DNA of 64,000 nt from the NCBI RefSeq assembly GCF_009914755.1, contig NC_060927.1. One strand, 5' to 3'. The DNA comes from the human T2T-CHM13v2.0 reference genome, Homo sapiens. The stretch's first letter is position 1. Each line of letters opens with the position of its first letter. Both the position numbers and the translations under genes were made by a program. Shown piece by piece: positions 41,212 to 55,645 of this stretch. The notes under the pieces were generated by a model. The model was not told the DNA's origin. It was given only the letters and a program-made list of their open reading frames with translations, and made no database searches.

Positions 41212-44149
41212 CTAGGAATACATCTAACCAAGCAGGTAAAAGATCTCTACAAGGAGAACTATAAAATACTGCTGTAAGAAATTACAGATGACATAAACAA
41301 ATGGGAAAACATTCTATGGTCGTGGATTAGAAGAATCAATACCTTTAAAATGGCCATATTGCCCAGAGTAATCTACAGAATCAATGCTATTCTTACCAAG
41401 CTATCAACATCATTTTTCACAGAATTAGAAAAAAAACTATTCTAAAATTCACATGGAACCAAAAAAAGAGGTCAAATAGCCAAAGCAATCCTAAGCAAAA
41501 ACGACAAAGCAGGAGGCATAACATTACCCAGCTTCAAAGTATACTATAAAGACTACAGTAACCCAAAGAGCATGGTACTGGTACAAAAATAGACACATAG
41601 ACCAATGAGACAGAATAGAGAACCCTGAAATAAAGCCACACACCTACAGCCATCTGATCTTGAACAAAATTGACAAAAATAAGCAATTGGGGAAAGGACT
41701 CCCTATCAATAGATGGTGTCAGGATCATTGGCTAGCCATATGCAGAAGAATGAAATTGGACCCTTACCTTTCACCATATAGAAAAGTTAACTCAAGATTG
41801 ATTAAAACCTTAAATGTAAGACCTCAAACTATAATAGTCCTAGAAGAAAACCAAGGAAACACCATCTGGACATCAGCCTTGGGAAAGAATTTATGACTAT
41901 GTCCTCAAAAGCAATTGCAACAGAAACAAAATTTGACTAGTGGGACCTAATTAAACTAAAGAGCTTCTGCACAGCAAAACAAACTATCAAAGGGTAAACA
42001 GACAATCTATAGAATGGGAGAAAATATTGCAAACTATGCATCCAACAAAGGACTAATACCCAGCATCTATAAAAACTTAAACAATTCAACAAGCAAAAAA
42101 CAAATAAACCCATTAAAAAGCAGGCAAAAGATATGAACAGACACTTCCGAAAAGAAGACACACTAGTAGCCAACAAATATATGAAAAAATGCTCCACATC
42201 ACTAATCATTAGAGAAATGCAAATCAAAAACACAATGAGATACCATCTCACACCAGTCAGAATGGCTATTCTTAAAAAGTCAAAAACAACACATGCTGGT
42301 GAGGCTGCAAAGAAAAGGGAATGCGTATACACTGTTGGTGGGAACGTAAATTAGTTCAGCCATGTGGAAAGCAGTCTGCAGAATTCTCAAAGAAATTAAA
42401 ACACAACTACCATTTGACCCAGCAATTAAACGCCACAGAAAATAAATCATTCTACCAACAAGACACCTGCACCCTCATGTTCAGTGCAACGCTATTCACA
42501 ATAGCAAAGACCTGGAATCAACCTAGGTACACATCATTGGTGGATTGAATAAGGAAAATGTGGTACATATACACCATGGAATACTCCACGGCCATAAAAA
42601 AGAACGAAATCATGTCCTTCTCAGTAATGTAGATGTAGCTGGAGGCCATTATCCTAAGTGAATTAACACAGGAACAGAAAAACAAATATTGCATGTTCTC
42701 ACTTATAAGTGGGAGTTAAATATTGGGTACTCATGGATGTAAATATGGCAAAAATGGACGCTGGGGACTACCGGAAGGGGGAGGAAGGGAGGAAGGCAGG
42801 GGCTAAAAAACTACTTATTAGATACTATGCTCACTACCTGGGTGACAGGATCATTCATACTTCAAATATTAGCATCAGGCAACATACCCATGTAGCAAAC
42901 CTGCACATGCACCCTCTGAATCTAAAATAAAAATTGAAATTATTTTTAAAAATTACCATAGGATGCAGCAATATATGTCCTCCTTATACATTAGTATATA
43001 GGGTAAATGGATATACATACACACTGTATAACTTAGTATATAGTATACGTTATATAGGATATCAGTTATATGTATTATAAAACATTATCACATAACATAT
43101 AACTCAGCATATATGGTAATAATACATACAACTTAGTACACATGGTTATATTTATTAACACATGATATACAAAGATCTAGCCACAAGTCTAATAACTACC
43201 ATAATTTCCAAGTGGTAATGGGCATAAACAGTATTTCAGGATAACTTTTCTATGTGACAGAAAAACATCCAGGGTTTTTGTTGGTGAGAAAACCACAGGT
43301 ATTGCTAATGCAATTACTATGATTTGTTGTCTTCTTTCATATTTGAGGGAAATGCTAAAGCTCAAACAGGGATTAGTAGAAACAAAGATACAATTTTTTT
43401 GTTTCCCATCCGAGTTCAGGGGTGCTCTGAGTTTTATCTGTAGACTCTCAGATTCAGAAACCCTGTTCTAGAAAAATGCCAAGAAAAGGTCAGGGCTGAA
43501 GGGGGAGATGTGTTGGCTATGGGGGTAAGAAGCCTGAGAAAGGATTTTTTTTGCTTCGCTGAGTCACTAATTACAAGGCAGCCTGCCCGTCCTTTCACAC
43601 TAAGCTGACTTTTCACAAAAAGGCACTTCCTCCCAGCCACAGGCTTAGAGAGGGCCTACCCAGGTCAGCAGGCAAGCAAAGCCACAGAAAGCCCCCTGAA
43701 GCCTCTCTCCCCACCAGCTTGCAGTCTGGTGGCTGATGCTCAGACAGCTCTCCTCACCTTTTGCTACCTCTTGCTTCATTTTCATCACATCTTCAAAGTC
43801 ATCTGTACCTACAGGCTGCTACCAATTGCTCAGTTTTAATCCTCCCATTTTAAATCATAAGTGATTAAGAATGTAACAAAACAACAAAAAACGACTTGTA
43901 CAACTTTTTTAAAGAGCTGCCTCTTCACAAAGAGTTTAATTAAGAGAGGCTTAAGATATCTGAGTTATTCTCATGGTGGGAAGTAATGGGTCGAAAGAAC
44001 ACTGGCAATAAGTCCCTATTATCTGGGTTCTGGGCCCAGTTTCAAATACATAACTCCGGTAAGTCAACCTCCTCATGTATAAAATAAGGATAAGTCAACC
44101 TTTACTTACTCATGTATTAAATAAGGATAACAGTTCTTTAAAAGAAAAA

Positions 44150-44345
44150 AAAATATTTGAGAACTTCTCATGTGCTAGATACTATGCTCAGTGTTTCACT
44201 TTCATTATACCACCATTTCCCAACAGGAAACCTGTTAGCTTTTGATACTCCTATTTTACAGATGAGAAAACTGAGGCACAGAGAAACTAAGTGACTTGCC
44301 CAAGTTTACAAAGCTAGTGAATGAGCAAACAGATTCCAGTCTGAG
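44150..44345 (-). mobile_element. MIR SINE
   Basis: cctattttacagatgagaaaactgaggcacagagaaactaagtgacttgcccaag. Confidence 0.9.
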
Positions 44346-45129
44346 CCTGTTACATACCCTCTGCATGGCATCACTGCTGCTGGAATTTCACAGGAATATT
44401 GGTCACCAGTCGATTTTCTCCCACATCTAATTTGATAAAATTATGTAGGAGAAAATACCTTGCCTGCTGTGAAAGGCTATGTAACACATTTCATTCTTTA
44501 TGACGGTACTCTGGGTACCTCCTTGCGTCAAATCTGGGTACCTCAAACTGTGGTATGGCATCCCCATGCAGTCTGTCCAATACTGCAGCTGTACTGCCCA
44601 GCTTCAAACATGCTCAGCTCTCAGCCAGTGTGCTCCTGCCAAGGACTGAAAGAATCCACTTCCCACCAGCACAGGCTGGAAAACAAAAACACCCATAAGC
44701 AAATTTGGATGTCCACCATGGGAATATGGGCTCTTAAGTAAAATGTCCCCAGGCCTCCCATCTAGGCTTAACATAGTTTTTCCACATTCTGATGCCTGGA
44801 ATATAAGTTAATTCTATGCCCTGAAAGCATCCTCACTCACCTTCTTTCTTTGAAGACAATCAAGTCTACAACTCCTGCTTATTTATATGCTATTTGTTCA
44901 ATTATTTCATCTAAACATCACTTTTAGTATCCAGCATTGGAAGTGATCTGTTCCATCAAAGTAGCTTAGCACCTACACTCCTTGAAAGAAGCCTTCAGGT
45001 ATCAGCTCCATCATGAAACTGCCTTGAAGCCAGAAGCAAACATGGAGTGAGTTTGCTTTAACTTTCTCATGTCCTTCTTTCCTTTCACTGGACCAGGGGG
45101 TACTTCAGACTGGAAAGGACTTGACTCAC

Positions 45130-45420
45130 AGTCACTTACTCATTTCACCAATTATGTGTTGAGCATCTATCAGGTGCCTGGTGCAGCTCTAGGCCCTGGG
45201 GAATACAACAGTGGCCCAAACAGACATGGGCTCTGCCCTCCTGGAGCTTACAGTCTTGGGGCAAGGAGGACATGGGTCAGAGAAATGTTCCAAGAAGGTG
45301 GCATTTAATCTGAAACCTGGAGGATGAGAGAAGAAGCAGCCAGCGCTGGGAATCAATGGGGAAAGGACGTTCCAGACAGAAAAAAAACACTTCTAAAAAG
45401 GATTGAAGGGAGGTTTGACA
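45130..45420 (-). mobile_element. L2 3' end (antisense)
   Basis: ttgagcatctatcaggtgcctggtgcagctctaggccctgggga...ctgccctcctggagcttacagtct. Confidence 0.85.
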
Positions 45421-45459
45421 AAATTAAGTGCAGGTGAGGATGAGAGGCAAAGAGAATCT

Positions 45460-45880
45460 TACCTGCTGATGGGACAATAAACTAACATAACCCCTCTGGA
45501 AAACAACGCATCCTTATCTAGTAAAGTTACAGGTACATACACCATAGCCTGGCAAATCCACGCCTAGGTACATGCTCCAGAGAAGCTCTTGCATGTATGT
45601 CCAAAAAGAACACATGCAGCGCCAAACAAAATACTGTTAGGGAGACATACTTCTGGCAAAAAGCAAAGCAAGGACACGATAAATTTGTAACTCAAGAGAG
45701 TGGTACACCTCCTGTGGAGGGTGGGGAGGTGGGAAGAGAATGGAATCAGAAAACATAACAACAAGGTTCTTTTTCCTAAAGCCAGGTGGTAGGCTCAGGG
45801 GTGTCCATTATATCACCATTGTTTATGCCTTATACATATTTTATCAACATTTTTGTATCTGCTCAATGTTTCATAAGAAC
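45460..45880 (+). mobile_element. L1ME-type 3' fragment
   Basis: aacccctctggaaaacaac...aaatccacgcctaggtacatgctccagagaagctcttgcatg. Confidence 0.65.
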
Positions 45881-46689
45881 CATTTCTTTGTATCTGACTG
45901 CTTTGTAGGGGATGGATTAGAGGAAGAGAAAGGCAGAAGTAGAGAGAACTATTTAGGAGGTGAGGGCAGTTGTTTAGGCAAGAAGTAGTGGAGGTTTGGA
46001 CTACAGCAGTGTTGTGGTGGGAGTGGAGAGAAACAGATGCTTCCAGGCACATTTATCCTGTCATTTCCAAACTGGGTTCAAGGTTTAATTTAAAGAAACA
46101 TTTCTGGAGGTTGTGATGGGAAAAGTGAGGGGGAAGAGTTTTATTCCCTAATCCACTTAACCCCTTGACTTTTACAGATGTGTAAATCAAGACCCAAAGA
46201 TGGGTTGAAAAAATGAGGGGGCAAAACAGACCAGTACCGAAATCCTTAACACCCAGCCTTCTGCCTCATTCCACCCGACCTTGTGGCAGAACACAAACTC
46301 ACATTGAACACAAATTCACAGTCTGCTAACACCAAAACTCAGTAGCTGATTGCATTATCAAGAGTTACACATTGACAGCATGTTGGTCCCTATCTATGAT
46401 AAGGATGCTAGGTCTTATTTCCATAGAGACTCTGCCAGGATAAAATTATTTAATAGTTTCTATCTTAAGTACAAGCGGATGAAATCCAATTTAGTGGTTT
46501 TGCAAGAACGTGAAGTTGACAAATGAAAATAATGAATAAAAATGGTGTTCCAGTTATGTAAATTTCACCACAATAAAAAAAATTTTTAAATGAGATTCCA
46601 AAAGGTTTGTTGAAGTTAAGTGCTTAGCCATTTAAAATTAGCCAGCCATGTATTGTAATCCAAATTGATAAGTCTATACATTTTTGAAA

Positions 46690-47365
46690 ACCAATTTTTT
46701 TCTATTTAGCAATATTTACCTAACTAAAATGCATATATGATTTGATTCCATAATTCTACCTCTAGGAATTTATCCTACAGATATTTTCACACATAGAGGT
46801 GATGATGTACAGACAAGAATGTATACTGAAGCACCATTTGTGATCACCAGAAACTTAAAACATCTTAAATGATCATCAGTGGAGAACTGGTAAAAAATAA
46901 ATTATAATAAAGCTATATAAAGGGACATTATATGGATGTTTTAAATTTTTAAGTAAGAATAGTTACGTTGGCCAGGTGTGGTGGCTCACACCTGTCATCT
47001 CAGTACATTGGGAGGCCAAGGCAGGCGGATCACTTGAGGCCAAGAGTTCGAGACCAGCCTGGCTAACACGGTGAAACTCCATCTCTACAAAAATACAAAA
47101 ATTAGCCAGGCGTGGTGGTGCATGCCTGTAATCCCAGCTAGTCTAGAGGATAGACACAAGAATTGCTTGAACCCTGGAGGCAAAGGTTGCAGTGTGCCAA
47201 GGTTGTGCCACTGTACTCCAGCCTGGGCAACAGAGGCAGACTCTGTCTCAAAAAGAAAAAAAAATAGTTATGTATACTGATATTGAAATCTCTCCAAGAT
47301 CTATGGCTAAAGATCAAAAAAAGGGGTAGTATCTGGGTGTACCACCATTTGTGTTAAAAAAACAA
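46690..47365 (+). mobile_element. L1ME/MC fragment interrupted by an Alu
   Basis: aattctacctctaggaatttatcctacagatatt...tatactgatattgaaatctctccaagat. Confidence 0.7.
46970..47264 (+). mobile_element. AluSz-like
   Basis: Full dimer; approximate TSD aatagttacgt/aatagttatgt. Confidence 0.94.
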
Positions 47366-48509
47366 AGCATATATATTAATACATATACACATACATACAT
47401 ACATACACATATATTTATACTGGCATAAGTATTATTTATATGTACATATATATACTATACATATATCAAGAAAGGCCATCTAACTTTAGATATATAAATT
47501 TATGATATCAATATTATAGTATTTCACGGCATATGAGGCCATAGTAGGCAAACAAATTTTATTGAATGAATGAATTCCCTCTAAACTCCTTATAAATCAA
47601 TTTCCCAGTGTGTTCCCCTTACTTGTGAAAACTTGACCCCAAAATGTCATCCGAACTTTTCTCAGACATTTTTTGTTACCAGTTTAACACTCTTCAGATA
47701 ATCTGAGAAAGCTGTCAGTAATAACCCTCAGAAAGATAATTCCAGCTTCAAGACTTTCACACAAAACTATCCTGGGACACAACCAACGAGATCGACTTTC
47801 TAGCAAGAAAATTTTTTGGATGACGATTATTTAATCAAGAGGTTAAAAAGGCGCATGCTGTTTTGTGTTTGCACAAAAGCTGTAAGGTTTCAGCCCTCAC
47901 CCACGCTCACATACAGTAGCACTGTGGCATACTTCTCCACATATGTAATGTGAACTCAATCTCTCTGCTTAGTCTGCTGGTAAAATGATAGGGGCTATCA
48001 AAGGGATTAATCATATTCCTTCATTCTATACCCTTTAATCCTAAAATAAGCAGTTCTAAATGCATTCCAAAACAGCATATGTGCTTTCTCAGATGGTGAA
48101 ATTAGCGTTACATGATGACATTCTCGAAATGTCCCAGGTTATTCCTTGACAGATAATGGCATAAATTTACAGAGAAGTTGAGTATGAAAAAAATTCTTCC
48201 TTTTAATATCTATTATATCTAGTAACTTATGAAAAGTCAAAGTTTCAAATGAAGTCATCCTGCTTCAAAACAGTATATTCTGCAATAGCACACTTGCCCT
48301 TAGCAAGTGCTCTGAAAATGAAAAGAATGATTTTGGATTTTCAACCATTGAGAATATAGTGTGTATCCTATTGTTAGAAATGACTGTTCTGGCAAATCTT
48401 TTGAAGTAGTCAAAATTAATTCTTGACCCTTGGGCTGTACCTGGTATGACAGAGCTTCTTATCTAATATAAGCAACATCTGCAGTCAGTAATTTAAAAAA
48501 AAAAAATCC

Positions 48510-48963
48510 ATTTGGGATGAAATTCAGCTGAGAACAATTGAAAACCAAAAATAATAGCAGCTTATACAAGATAGAAATTAACTCCCTCCCATTTAAATAT
48601 AGTCTGGAGTTATGCAGTTCAGGGCTACTATGGTACCTCTATGGTCATCAGAGACCTAGGCACTGCCTATCTTTTTCTGCTTTCCTCAACACAGGGCTTC
48701 CAACGATCACATCCACATTCTTGTGGGCAGGAAGCAGGAAAGAAAGGTAAATGGTTTCCCTTGAAGAGCACTTCCCAGAAGTTGTACATACCACTCACAT
48801 TTATGTTCCTTTGGCTAGAACCTAGTCAAACGGCAACCCGTAGGAGCAACGAGGGCTGGGAAATATTGTCTTAATTCTCAGGTTATGTGCCAGACAATAA
48901 TTTGAAGGTTATATTTCTAAGAAATAAACAATGAATGTGGTGACAACTAGCAGATCTGTCACA
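48510..48963 (-). mobile_element. MLT1J-type MaLR LTR
   Basis: tggctagaacctagtca...gagggctgggaaatattgtctt...gacaactagcagatctgtcaca. Confidence 0.8.
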
Positions 48964-49839
48964 TTAAGGACTCACAAAATACATATATAAGTTAAATCTT
49001 AAATGTCCTTCCTGAGATATATAACCACACATTCATTTTATGGTGGGGGAGGAGCTTTTGCCCATGAGTTTACAGATTAGAGTACCTTACATTTCATGCA
49101 TAAGACACACATATAATGCATTCTCTTCAATTTCCAAGTCTAAAAGATTTTTTAAGAGCAGTGTCAAAACTTAAAGGCACTGTTTTGTTTTTTTCTTTTT
49201 AAATCTAGGTCATTTTATAATTTCTGCCTCATCCCTAATCTTTTATAGTTGTTTTTCTCAAAACCTAATTCAACTGTTTGTTTGTTTAGCATACATTTTT
49301 GAGACATTTCCAAGCATTCAGTTGAGTTTCCAGAGAAACAACAATTCTTTCTTTTCACATTCATATTTCATGGGTTCACAAAAATAACTTACGTAATTAC
49401 AACAGCAGCTATAACAGCATACACCTATTTAAAAACAAACACAACTCACTCTTGGTAAATATACAACTCTACAACACAACTAGAGGGATCAAAAGAATGA
49501 GAACTTTGGAGAGGGACCTACTAACTGCATGTTTTACAAAAGGAATGGAGATTTTCTGGTTCTTCCACGAAATCAAGGGGGTTGAGTAAAGAAGTTCTGT
49601 TCTCTTGAATTTCTTCTTGCCAAAATCTTCTTGGTTGGCTATCTCAACAATAAAGCCCAGCAATACTACCACTATGTGCTAATGATGATGGGGCCTTTCC
49701 TGATTCTACACTCTATCTCCCTCAATTTATTGATGAGGAAAACTGAGGTCTAGAGAAGTTAAGTAGGTTTCCACTACCAGAGGAGTACTGTGCACTTCCC
49801 AAAGGGATTTGCTGCTGGCAAGAGTGTCTGATGCATCTC

Positions 49840-50015
49840 CATGAATGGGAGGTTGCTGTTGGCATTTGAGCAGGACTACCTTTATTTGGTGGCTCTCTCT
49901 CAGATTACAGAATGTTTACTATCACTGCCCAGCTCACTGAATGCCAGTAGCACCACTCTCATGTCATTGTAACATGAAAAACAGAAATGTACCTCTGAGT
50001 GTCCAAATGCCCAGG
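49840..50015. mobile_element. MER5B-like MITE remnant
   Basis: cactgaatgccagtagcaccactctc...tcattgtaacatgaaaaa...tccaaatgccc. Confidence 0.55.
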
Positions 50016-50243
50016 TCTCTAGATATAGAAGTGATTTTTTGATGTTGTAGATATTGTTGTTTTATAGTTATTTTCCTGTCTTCTTTTGCGTTACACAATC
50101 ACAGCTGTCAATCTTGTTTACAACCAAGGGCAATTCCAAATCCTAAGGAAACTTAAGAGATCTTTTAATCTTATTGACAGAAGTGAAACAAGCTCAATCA
50201 AAACATGAGAGTATGTCTGCTATTTTAATAATTTCTAGGAAAA

Positions 50244-50364
50244 GGCCAGGCAAGGTGGCCTGTAATCCCAGCACTTTGAGAAGCTGAGGTGGGAGGACTG
50301 CTTGAGCCCAGGAGTTCAAGACCAGCCTGGGCAACATAGCAAGACCCCATCTTAAAAACAAATA
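50244..50364 (+). mobile_element. FLAM_C monomer with a perfect 17-bp TSD
   Basis: aataatttctaggaaaa at 50227-50243 and 50365-50381. Confidence 0.92.
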
Positions 50365-50734
50365 AATAATTTCTAGGAAAAGAGATGCTATCATTCACAG
50401 AACACAGAGTTCATCATTCTACACCTATTATCTAATGGATATTTAGATTGGACTCACAAATAAATGGAAACATTAGAAATGGTTACATCTTCATTAAGAC
50501 AACAAATGATAATTTCTCACACATCTGTCTGCTAGGATACTTTGCCCAATTTTCTAATGAGCTGTTTAATGTTTATTTTTATTAGAGTTGTTTTTCATAT
50601 TTTTTAAAAATTGGGTCTCTCCATAACATAGGCGCTCCAAATAATTTTCTCAATGTTTTTTGACTTTTGACAATTTTCAAGTTATTCATGTCAAAATAGT
50701 TCATCTTCCTTTATGACTTCCCAGTTTCATGTCA

Positions 50735-51170
50735 TCCATTCATGTATTCATTCATTCAAAATATTCAGGATTTTTGCTAAACAGCAGGATTTTTCTGGGT
50801 GCTAGAGAATTGAACCAAAGAGACATGGAAGTAAACATGCTTACGAGGTTTAAATTCTTGTGTAGGCTAAATTAATTAATTTTAAGGCAGAACGAAAAAC
50901 AATCTACCAGAAGTATAATATGTCGGGTAGTGATAAGTGCTATGACAAAACAGAAAAGAGAGGAAGGGGAAAGGGAGTGAGTGAATGGAGTGTTATTTTA
51001 CAGGCCTCGGGGGCAGTGAGGGAGCAAACTTCATGGATATCTGTGGCAGGTACCCATAAGGGCAAATGCCCTGAGGTAGGGATGCTACCCACGAGGTAGC
51101 AAATGCCCTTCTGTCTGGGGCACAGCAAGGTTGCCAGTGTGGCCAGAGAATGGGCAGTAAGGGGAAGAAA
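50735..51170 (-). mobile_element. L2 3' end (antisense)
   Basis: ttcattcattcaaaatatt...gtgataagtgctatgac...caaatgccctgaggtaggg...gttgccagtgtggccagag. Confidence 0.8.
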
Positions 51171-51325
51171 ACCTAAGAGAAAATATCTAAATGTAGACAT
51201 GGCTTTTACTTACTAAATTTGTGAAGGCATTCATCTATAATACAGTTCCAATTTTTTTATTTAAAAGTTTTTGATTCATCTCTTAATTACTTCAACCTTT
51301 TATTGTACTTTTTTCCCAGGGCTTT

Positions 51326-51513
51326 TTTTTTAAATAGGTTTAGGAGGTACACTCTGTTACATGGATATATTGCACATTGGTGAGATTTGGGCTTCTAAGA
51401 TGCCCATCACCTGAACAGTGAACATTATACCCAACTGGTATTTCTTCAACCCTCCCCCATCCAGCTCTCCCCCTTTTAGGATTCCCCTGTGTCTATTATT
51501 ATATTTCCATCTC
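51326..51513 (-). mobile_element. Short L1 (L1MA/L1PB-type) 3' terminus inserted into an older L1M fragment
   Basis: gttacatggatatattgcac...cccatcacctgaacagtgaacattataccc; TSD cccagggcttt at 51315-25 and 51514-24. Confidence 0.8.
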
Positions 51514-52030
51514 CCCAGGGCTTTGAAACATCATCTTTCTCATCTACCATTGTCCCATAATGACTTGGATCTAGTTTTGAAGATGCTCTAGTCTGTCGCA
51601 GGGATCTCTCTATTCCTAATGCAGTACCATAGTATTTTGATTTCTGTAGGCTTACCCTGTATTTTACGATTAACCTCTCATAAATCTTTAGTCATTTTCA
51701 TACACCTTTGCTGGTTCTATTATATTTTCCATCTGATGAAAGATCCTAAAGATCATTTATTCAACTCCATAGTCTCTAAGTGATAGTGAAGAGGAGGTGA
51801 AGAACATACTCAAGCTCAAGGCAAACAAACGAACTCTCCTTCCAACCCAAACTCCTAGCCTTCAACACCTACCTATTGTTTAACTGTAATCTAAACGACT
51901 GTGTTAAGAAAGCATGTGGATTGCTGAACTGAACAGTCATTTAAATCATTTAAGCCACATATGTTTATCTGTTTATTTGGTCTCTCTGATGTGACTGTTA
52001 AGTCTTGGAGGGCTGGGCTAGGGTTTGGAC

Positions 52031-52192
52031 CAGTGGTTCTCAAACTGTGGTCCTGGACCAGCAGCAACACCTGGGAACTTATGGAAATGCAAATTCTAAG
52101 CCCCAACTAAGAATTAATAAATGGGAAACTCTGAAGACGGAGAGAAACCCTCCAGGTGCTTCTAGTGTATAATAAAGTGTTAAAAACCACTG
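52031..52192. mobile_element. MER5A
   Basis: TIRs cagtggttctcaaa ... aaaaaccactg; internal cacctgggaacttatggaaatgcaaattct. Confidence 0.9.
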
Positions 52193-52741
52193 ATTTTGGG
52201 TCTATACCACCCATCCAGAGCCAGGTGTATTACATGAGCTGGAAGTCTGTGGTCAGAGTCCTAAGATCCAATGTTAGTTTCAACACCAGCTAGCTGTGTG
52301 ACCAAGGTAACACAGGAAAGTACAGGCATGCCACAGCTTGTCACACTTTCCTTTATGCACTTTGCAATACTGCATTTTTTACAAATTGAAGGTTTGCGGC
52401 AACCCTTTGTTAAGTAAGTCTATCAGCGCTGTTTTTCCAACAGGATGTGTTCACTTCATGTCTCTGTGTCACATTTTGCTAATTCTTGAACTCTTTCAGA
52501 CCTCTTCATTAATATTATATCTATTATGGTGATTTGTGACCAGTAATCTTTGATGTTACTATTGTAGTTGTTTTGGGGAGCCACAAACTCTGCCCATATA
52601 TGATGGCAAATATAATTGATAAATGTGTGTGTTTTGACTGCTCCACAGACCAGCCATTCCCCATCTCGCTCCCATCTCCTCGGGCCTCCCTATTCCATGA
52701 GACACAACAAGATCCAAATTAGGCCAATTAAAAACCCTCCA

Positions 52742-54110
52742 GTGGCCTCCTCGTGTTCAAGTGAAAGGAAGAGTTGCATTTCTCTTACTTTAAAAGCTAG
52801 AAATGATTAAGCTTAGTGAAGAAGGAATGTCAAAAGTCGGGATAGACCAAAAGCTAGGCCTCTTATGCCAAAGAGCTAAGTTTTGAATGCAACGGAAAAG
52901 TTCTTAAAAGAAATTTAAAATGCTACTCCAGGGAACACACAAATGATGAGAAAACAAAACAGCCTTATGGCTGATATAGAGAAAGTGTGAGTGGTCTGGA
53001 TAGAAGAGCAAACCAGCCACAACATTCCTTTAAGGCAAAGCCTAATCCAGGGCAAGGCCCCAACTCTCTTCAAATCTATGAAGGCTGAGAGAGGTGAAAG
53101 AGCTGCAGAAGAAAAGTTTGAAGCTAGCAGAAGTAGGTTCACGAGGCTTACAGAAAGAAGCTATCTCTATAACATAAAAGTGTAAGGTGAAGCAGCAAAT
53201 GCTGATGGAGAAGCTGCAGCAAGTTATCCAGAAGGTCTAGCTATGATCATTGATGAAGGTGGCTACACAAAACAACAGATTTTCAATGTAGATGAAACAG
53301 CTTTCTATTGGAAGAAGTTGCCATCTAAGACTTTCCTAACTAGAGACGAGAAATCAATGTCTGACTTCAAAGTTTCAAAGGACCAGCTGACTCTCTTGTT
53401 AGGGACTAATGCAGCTGATGACTTTGAGTCCAACTCTCACTGACCATTCCAAAAATCTTAGGGCTCTTAAGAATTCGATTCTGCCCGTGCTCTATAAATA
53501 GAACAACAAAGCCTGAATGACAGCACATCTGTTTACAGCATGGTTGACTGAATATTTTAAGCCCACTGTTGAGAACAATTGCTCAGAAAAAAATATTCCT
53601 TTCAAAATATTACTGCTCACTGACAATGCACCTGGTCACCCAAGAGCTCTGATGAAGATGTACAAGGAGATGAATGTGTTTTCATGCCTGTTAACACAGC
53701 ATCCATTCTGCAGCCCATGGATCAAGGAGTCATTTTGACTTTCAAGTCTATTATTTAAGAACTACATCTCATAAGACTACAGCTGCTATAGTGATTCTTC
53801 TGAAGGATCTGGGCAAGGTGAATTAAGAATCCTCTGGAAAAGATTCACCATTCTAGATGCCATTAAGAACATTTGTGATTCATGGGAGAAGGTCAAAATA
53901 TTAACATTAGCAGGAATTTGGAAGAAACTGATTCCAACCATAGATGACTTTGAGGGGTCAAGACTTCATTGGAGGAAGGAACTGCAGATGGGGTAGAAAT
54001 AGCAAGAGAAATAGAATTAGAAGGGGAGCCTAAAGATGTGACTGAATTGCTGCAATCTTGTGATCAAACTTGATGGATAAGGATTTGCTTATTATAGGTA
54101 AGAAAAACAA
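52742..54110 (+). pseudogene. Disrupted Tigger1 transposase (CENP-B/pogo family)
   Basis: Remnants [30 protein letters not shown] (~53282), LTDNAPGHP (~53616) and QPMDQG (~53711), spread over several frames with stops. Confidence 0.9.
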
Positions 54111-54505
54111 AAGTGGTTTCTTGAGATGGAATGTACTCTTTGAAGATGCTGTGAACACTGTTGCACTGACAACAAAGGATTTAGAATATTACATAAATGT
54201 TGTTGATAAAGCAGCAGTAGGGTTAGAGATGACTGACTCTAATTTTGAAAGAAATTCTACTGTGGGTAAAATGCTATCAAACAGCACTGCATGCTACAGA
54301 GAAAACTGTTGCAAAAGGAAGAGTCAACTGATGTGGCAAACTTCATTGTTGTCTTATTTTTAGAAATTGCCACAGCTACCCCAACCTTCAGCAACTACCA
54401 CACAGATCAGTCAGCAGTCACCAACACCCAAGCAAGACCCTCTACCAGCAAAAAGGTTGCAATCTGCTGAAGGCGCAAATGATCATTAACATTTATAGCA
54501 ATAAA

Positions 54506-54819
<314 letters not shown>

Positions 54820-55645
54820 ATATTTTTAAATTAAGGCATGCACATTGTTTTTTTTAAGACATAATGCTATTGCACACTTAATAGACTACAGCATAGTGTA
54901 AACATAACTTTTATCCGTACTGGAAAACCAAAATATGTGTGTGACTCGCTTTATTGCAATATTGCCTTTACTGAAGTGGTCTGAAACCAAACCCTCAATA
55001 TCTCTGAGGTATGCCTGTCGCTTAAACTTGTAGCATCCCCTTCCTCATGAGAACAATATGAATATTGGTGTCTATCTCATAAGTGATTTTAAAAATTACT
55101 TAGAATATAATATTCCTGGCACATTGTAAATGTTTAATGTACCTAAAATGATGATAATAAACTCAGAACTTATTTTTATTTTGTTTCAGATAATTTACTC
55201 TGCTAAACCTGGATCCTTTCATATTGGATCTAAAAGAAATCAGGGAATGGGGTAGGACAATTAACATATTTTTTATGGCTGTGTTGACAGAGAAGTGAGG
55301 GGTGGAGACAGAAATCTCTGGCAGGATTTTGTGGAGTTGGGACCCATTTCTAAAATTGCTAAGAATTTCCTTTTCTAAGGATGCCTATTTTTTCCTTTGA
55401 AAATGAATTATATAACATAGACAATAATTAAAAGGCCCCAGGGTCAAAAGCTCTTCCCACAAATAACTGTCCACACACTATTAGTTCATTTCCTATACAC
55501 TCCCCTGGCAAGGCCCAACAAAAGCTAAAAGAAGATGGATGGACTTTGTAGGGTGACCTGAGGGTCAACTGATTCAGGGAGCTGAACTCATCAATACAGA
55601 CAGCAAATTCCATCACAGAATTCCATCCACTATTAGTAGCATGTA

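Noticed and set aside
41534-42548. L1 ORF2-like peptides
   Set aside because: Fragments of a truncated, frameshifted L1; not functional
49469-49700. Possible exon or box C/D snoRNA (atgatga...ctga)
   Set aside because: The C and D boxes are too close, there is no terminal stem, splice sites are weak and the peptides are unrecognised
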